A stretch of DNA of 21,359 bases from a bacterium (GTDB lineage Bacteria; Hinthialibacterota; Hinthialibacteria; Hinthialibacterales; Hinthialibacteraceae). The DNA is taken from positions 1 to 21,359 of the forward strand of contig JBHGBC010000104.1 of assembly GCA_041946805.1 (NCBI GenBank). The letters are read 5' to 3'. Below, one piece after another: positions 18,178 through 21,359 of the stretch (its first letter is position 1; every line of letters begins with the position of its first letter). A model generated the notes under the pieces. It saw only the letters and a program-made list of their open reading frames with translations. It was not told the origin of the DNA and made no database searches. The position numbers and the translations under genes were made by a program.

Positions 18178-18331
18178 CCCTCACCCTGGCCCTCTCCCAG
18201 GGGGAGAGGAAATAAAGGGTGGCTCTCGCTCATTTGGAGAGGGAATGGAGGGTGGTTCTCTCCCATGTGTCAAATCGATATCCGGCCACGCGTTCGGGGA
18301 AAGGTACGCGCATACGGGAGGAATCCTGAAA
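18178..18331 (+). repeat. CCCTCACC REP followed by a degenerate right half of the MITE-like element
   Basis: REP at 18178..18209. GAGAGGGAAT..GGGTGGTT at 18237 resembles 10535. About 61 nt later, AAAGGTACGCGCATACGGGAGGAATCCTGAAA aligns with AAAAGTACGCACTTGCCGGATGAACCTGAAA. Confidence 0.55.
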
Positions 18332-18431
18332 CCATGGTCGCTCGCCCCGCGGCTGGGTGGAAAGCCAGGGGGACGGCCACCGCCGTCCCCCTTGGATTAC
18401 AGAGTCGATCCAGTGATGTCTTGGAATGGGC

Positions 18432-20498
18432 TTATTGGATCATCCAATCGCTGACCGCCGCGGCGCCCGGATTGAGCGTCAAGCCCATCAGGTGTACGTC
18501 CGCCGCATCGGCGGGGAACACGATCTGCGTCAGGGTCTTGCCCGCGTCCACCGCGTACCGCCGGTGCATCAGGTTCAATCCATAATTCGCCGGTCCGCCC
18601 GTGGTGGTTTTGAGACCATTGAAGACCAGCCCATCGGATTGAATGTCGATCGCGCCGCTGTAGACCGCCATCCAGAAGATACCGGGGCCCCAGCCGTCGC
18701 CGGTGGTGCCGTCCGTGAACTTGACGAACACTTCCTTGGTGGGATTGTTCTGCAGCGCCGAGGTAAGATCGATCGTGTAATAGCCTTTATTATATTCGTT
18801 GTGAATATCCTCGCCGCCGAACATCGCCATGGAGTTCAGCACTTCCTGGAATCCGCCTTCGCCTTCCGCCGGGATCTTGTTGACGATCGAAATCCCCGTC
18901 AGGTAAGGCCCCCAGCCGTCGGCGGGCAAGCCGTCCGTCAGCCGGATGCGGATGATCTTCTGGGGATTGTTGGCCAGGTAGGAGGCCAGGTCGAAGTCGT
19001 AGGTATCCAGGTTGGTGTTGTCCCGGATCTCGTTGCCGGTTTCCGCCACGTAATCTTTCACGATCTGGTAATCGCCGTCCGCGCCGGAAGCGAGTTCGAT
19101 CACGAACTGATTGCCCACGTTGATCCGCGCAAAGGCCGCCGTAACGTCGTCGGGCAGATCAAACTGGTAGATCATGTAGCTGGCCGCGTCGGCGAAGCGG
19201 GCGTTGCCGCTGATGATGCTGCCGCTTTCCTCCAGCAGGAAGGTCTGTTCCTCCGTCGTGCCGGGCGACATTTGCGCGTAGCGCATGACGCCGGCCGGTC
19301 CGCCGAGAGACACGACGAAGTTGTTGGCCATGTCCACGGTCAGGTTCGCGGCCGTGACATCATCGGGTAAATCGAACTTGTAGGTGATCGAACCCGATCC
19401 ATCGGCGAAGCGGTGATGGCGGTTGGACGGCCCGGATCCGCTGTTGTCATACAGGTAGGGTTTCTCGTCCGCGCCGCCATCGGTCAGGAACATGGCATGC
19501 ATCGCGGCGTTGGTGGTATCCACCGCGGGCGACAGCACTTCGGCGAATTCCTTGTACTGGCCGGTGAACACGGTGATGTTTTGAATGTATGGCCCCCAGC
19601 CGTTGGCCGGCGTCGCGTCTGTGAACAGAAGGAAAATCGTTCCATTGTTGCGGGCCAGGTAGGGCGCCAGATCGAAGGTGTACTGCTTCAGGTTGCCCAG
19701 GGCGCGGTGTTCGAACTGGTCGTAGAGTTCCATCGAATTGGCCAGGACCTCGTACCCTTCGGTCGTGGACGCTTCGGGATCGAAATAGTCGGTGGCGATG
19801 GAGATCACGAAATTGTTGCCCACCGTGACTCCCAAGGTGGCCTCGGTCACGCCCGCCAGATCCCGCAATTCGTACAACACATAACCGGCAGCGTCCACGA
19901 ACCGGTTCCCGCCCGAGTTGCCGTTGCCCCTTTCTTGAGCCAAGTAATACGCCTCCTCGTCTCCAAAATTGGTCGCGAACGAAATCAGGGTGTTCACGTC
20001 GCTGTCGTCGCTCGCCGTATAATACGCGTGGTCACTCGCCGTGGGGCTTTGGAACCAGTCCGGCACCGGGCCGAAACGCCGGCTGTCCACGCTGCCATCG
20101 GCGTAGTGAAACTGGAGAGATGTAAACGGCGAACCATACCCGTCCGGCGCGGAGAGCAAGGCCATGTCCACGCTCCCGTACTTTCCGTCGGGCACGTCGA
20201 TGGTTTGCCCGTTGAGGGACAGGCCATCCAACGACGCCTGCTTGAGCGGCCCGAACAAAAACGAGGTCCGCCCGTCCTGCGTCACGGCCGCCTGGCCGTC
20301 CTGGTACGCGGCCGGCAGGGTACCCGCATCCACGCGCCGGCCTTCGTCATCCAGGGCGTCCCCCAAGCCCGCGCCGCCCGGCTCGAGCACCGCGTCGGTG
20401 TCGAACTGCGAATTCAGGTTTACGTACACGGGCTGGGCCGCGGCCATTCCCGCGCTCAGCATGAGTACCGCCAAACATCCCGCAAATGGGTGATACAT
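18432..20498 (-). CDS. Secreted multi-domain beta-rich protein, 688 aa, with three internal homologous repeats; possibly carbohydrate-binding
   Basis: AGGAGG RBS; signal peptide ending AAA|Q. Three RF(V/A)D...N(N/Q)FV half-repeats and three DL...TD...GWGP half-repeats. Acidic and aromatic composition. Confidence 0.85.
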   Translation of the reverse strand: MYHPFAGCLAVLMLSAGMAAAQPVYVNLNSQFDTDAVLEPGGAGLGDALDDEGRRVDAGTLPAAYQDGQAAVTQDGRTSFLFGPLKQASLDGLSLNGQTIDVPDGKYGSVDMALLSAPDGYGSPFTSLQFHYADGSVDSRRFGPVPDWFQSPTASDHAYYTASDDSDVNTLISFATNFGDEEAYYLAQERGNGNSGGNRFVDAAGYVLYELRDLAGVTEATLGVTVGNNFVISIATDYFDPEASTTEGYEVLANSMELYDQFEHRALGNLKQYTFDLAPYLARNNGTIFLLFTDATPANGWGPYIQNITVFTGQYKEFAEVLSPAVDTTNAAMHAMFLTDGGADEKPYLYDNSGSGPSNRHHRFADGSGSITYKFDLPDDVTAANLTVDMANNFVVSLGGPAGVMRYAQMSPGTTEEQTFLLEESGSIISGNARFADAASYMIYQFDLPDDVTAAFARINVGNQFVIELASGADGDYQIVKDYVAETGNEIRDNTNLDTYDFDLASYLANNPQKIIRIRLTDGLPADGWGPYLTGISIVNKIPAEGEGGFQEVLNSMAMFGGEDIHNEYNKGYYTIDLTSALQNNPTKEVFVKFTDGTTGDGWGPGIFWMAVYSGAIDIQSDGLVFNGLKTTTGGPANYGLNLMHRRYAVDAGKTLTQIVFPADAADVHLMGLTLNPGAAAVSDWMIQ

Positions 20499-20656
20499 AA
20501 AAATCCTCCTTATTCAGGATAATTCGAATGTCTCGTCCCCCGGGGACGGCCGCTCTTTCGTTGACCTTTTGGTCATTTCAACGTTTGATTCCACCGGTGT
20601 CAAGCGGGAGTTTGATCCGGCCGGAAACCAGACCGGCCTTCCCTTCCCATTCCGGA

Positions 20657-21076
20657 TCAGTCCGGATAATAGAATTCCAACGTGATGGAGATATCCGGAT
20701 TGAGGCTTTGCTTGACCGGGCAGGCGCGCGCCGCCGCTTCCAGCATCGCCCGTTCACTTTCCGTCAAGACCACCCCCTGCGGGAAGCGGATATCGGCCTG
20801 CAACGCCCCGATCCGCCGCACGGGATCGGAGACCATTTCCTTCACCACATGCGCTTGCACGCCGTCCACTTGCCGTCCAAGACGCTTCGCCGTCAGTCCG
20901 ATGATGGTCAACAGGCACGCGCCCAATCCCGTGGCCACCAGGTCCGTCGGTGAAAAGGCTTCCCCCCGCCCCCCGTTGTCCACGGGCGCGTCGGTCACCA
21001 GCCGGTTGCCGGACGGACCGTGCACGGCCTCACAATGCAGATCTCCTTCGTAGCGAACGCCGATTTCCACACCCAT
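20657..21076 (-). CDS. OsmC/Ohr (YhfA-like) family protein, 139 aa
   Basis: LVTDAPVDNGGRGEAFSPTDLVATGLGAC and ACPVKQSL carry the two conserved Cys. ATG 21076 follows AAGGA. Confidence 0.92.
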   Translation of the reverse strand: MGVEIGVRYEGDLHCEAVHGPSGNRLVTDAPVDNGGRGEAFSPTDLVATGLGACLLTIIGLTAKRLGRQVDGVQAHVVKEMVSDPVRRIGALQADIRFPQGVVLTESERAMLEAAARACPVKQSLNPDISITLEFYYPD

Positions 21077-21120
21077 GATGTCAGATTCCTTTCGAGGATG
21101 ATCCGTTGATCCAAACCACC

Positions 21121-21236
21121 GGGAGGGATAGGCTCCCGCCGGGCCGCATTCTTCCGATTCGCCTCTCGTTTTCCGCGGCTCACCCGGTGGTTCGCCCTCC
21201 CGCCCCTCACCCCGGTGCTCTTCCGGAGGGAGAGGG
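21121..21236. repeat. REP doublet (inverted copy of 7393..7473) plus an adjacent CCCTCACC REP
   Basis: GGGAGGGATAGGCTCCCGCCGGGCCGC ... GCGGCTCACCCGGTGGTTCGCCCTCCC (21121..21201); CCCTCACCCCGGTGCTCTTCCGGAGGGAGAGGG (21204..21236). Confidence 0.75.
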
Positions 21237-21359
21237 AGAAAGAAAGATCCTCCGCCTGGGGGAGGCGGAATGAAGAGAAATAAATGCCGTCCGTTCAGGA
21301 CTTCCCTCACCCTAACCCTTGTATGATAAGAAAAGGCTCCTTTTAGGAGAAAAACCTTG

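Noticed and set aside
21077..21310. N-terminal extension of the OsmC ORF, and other short intergenic ORFs containing PSPxPSPxGRG
   Set aside because: These are translations of REP palindromes, not protein sequence.

Overview
High-GC bacterial chromosomal segment. From left to right it contains: (1) the 5' end of a gene cut by the window edge; (2) a minus-strand glycerol operon, glpK-glpD-glpF; (3) a divergent pair of a DoxX-family membrane protein and a Tat-exported Gfo/Idh/MocA oxidoreductase, ending in a clear intrinsic terminator; (4) about 0.9 kb packed with several families of REP-like palindromes, MITE-like fragments and a frameshifted IS66-family transposase remnant; (5) a roughly 2 kb AT-rich island with a near-consensus sigma70 promoter and two signal-peptide orphan genes; (6) a complete, roughly 215 bp MITE-like element; (7) a small Cys-rich ORF, leuS and a two-domain ComEA-like gene; (8) a Tat-signal Gfo/Idh/MocA oxidoreductase with a Tat-signal FucI/AraA-like sugar isomerase; (9) a VOC/glyoxalase gene; (10) a 688-aa secreted protein with an apparently nested domain architecture and a short C-terminal V-x-x-W motif; (11) an OsmC-family gene. 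No rRNA, tRNA or CRISPR array was seen. The best leads are the nested-domain secreted protein, the REP-carrying MITE family that brackets the AT-rich island, the two orphan island genes, and the exported sugar oxidoreductase/isomerase set. All family calls come from motif recognition by eye; no database searches were run.
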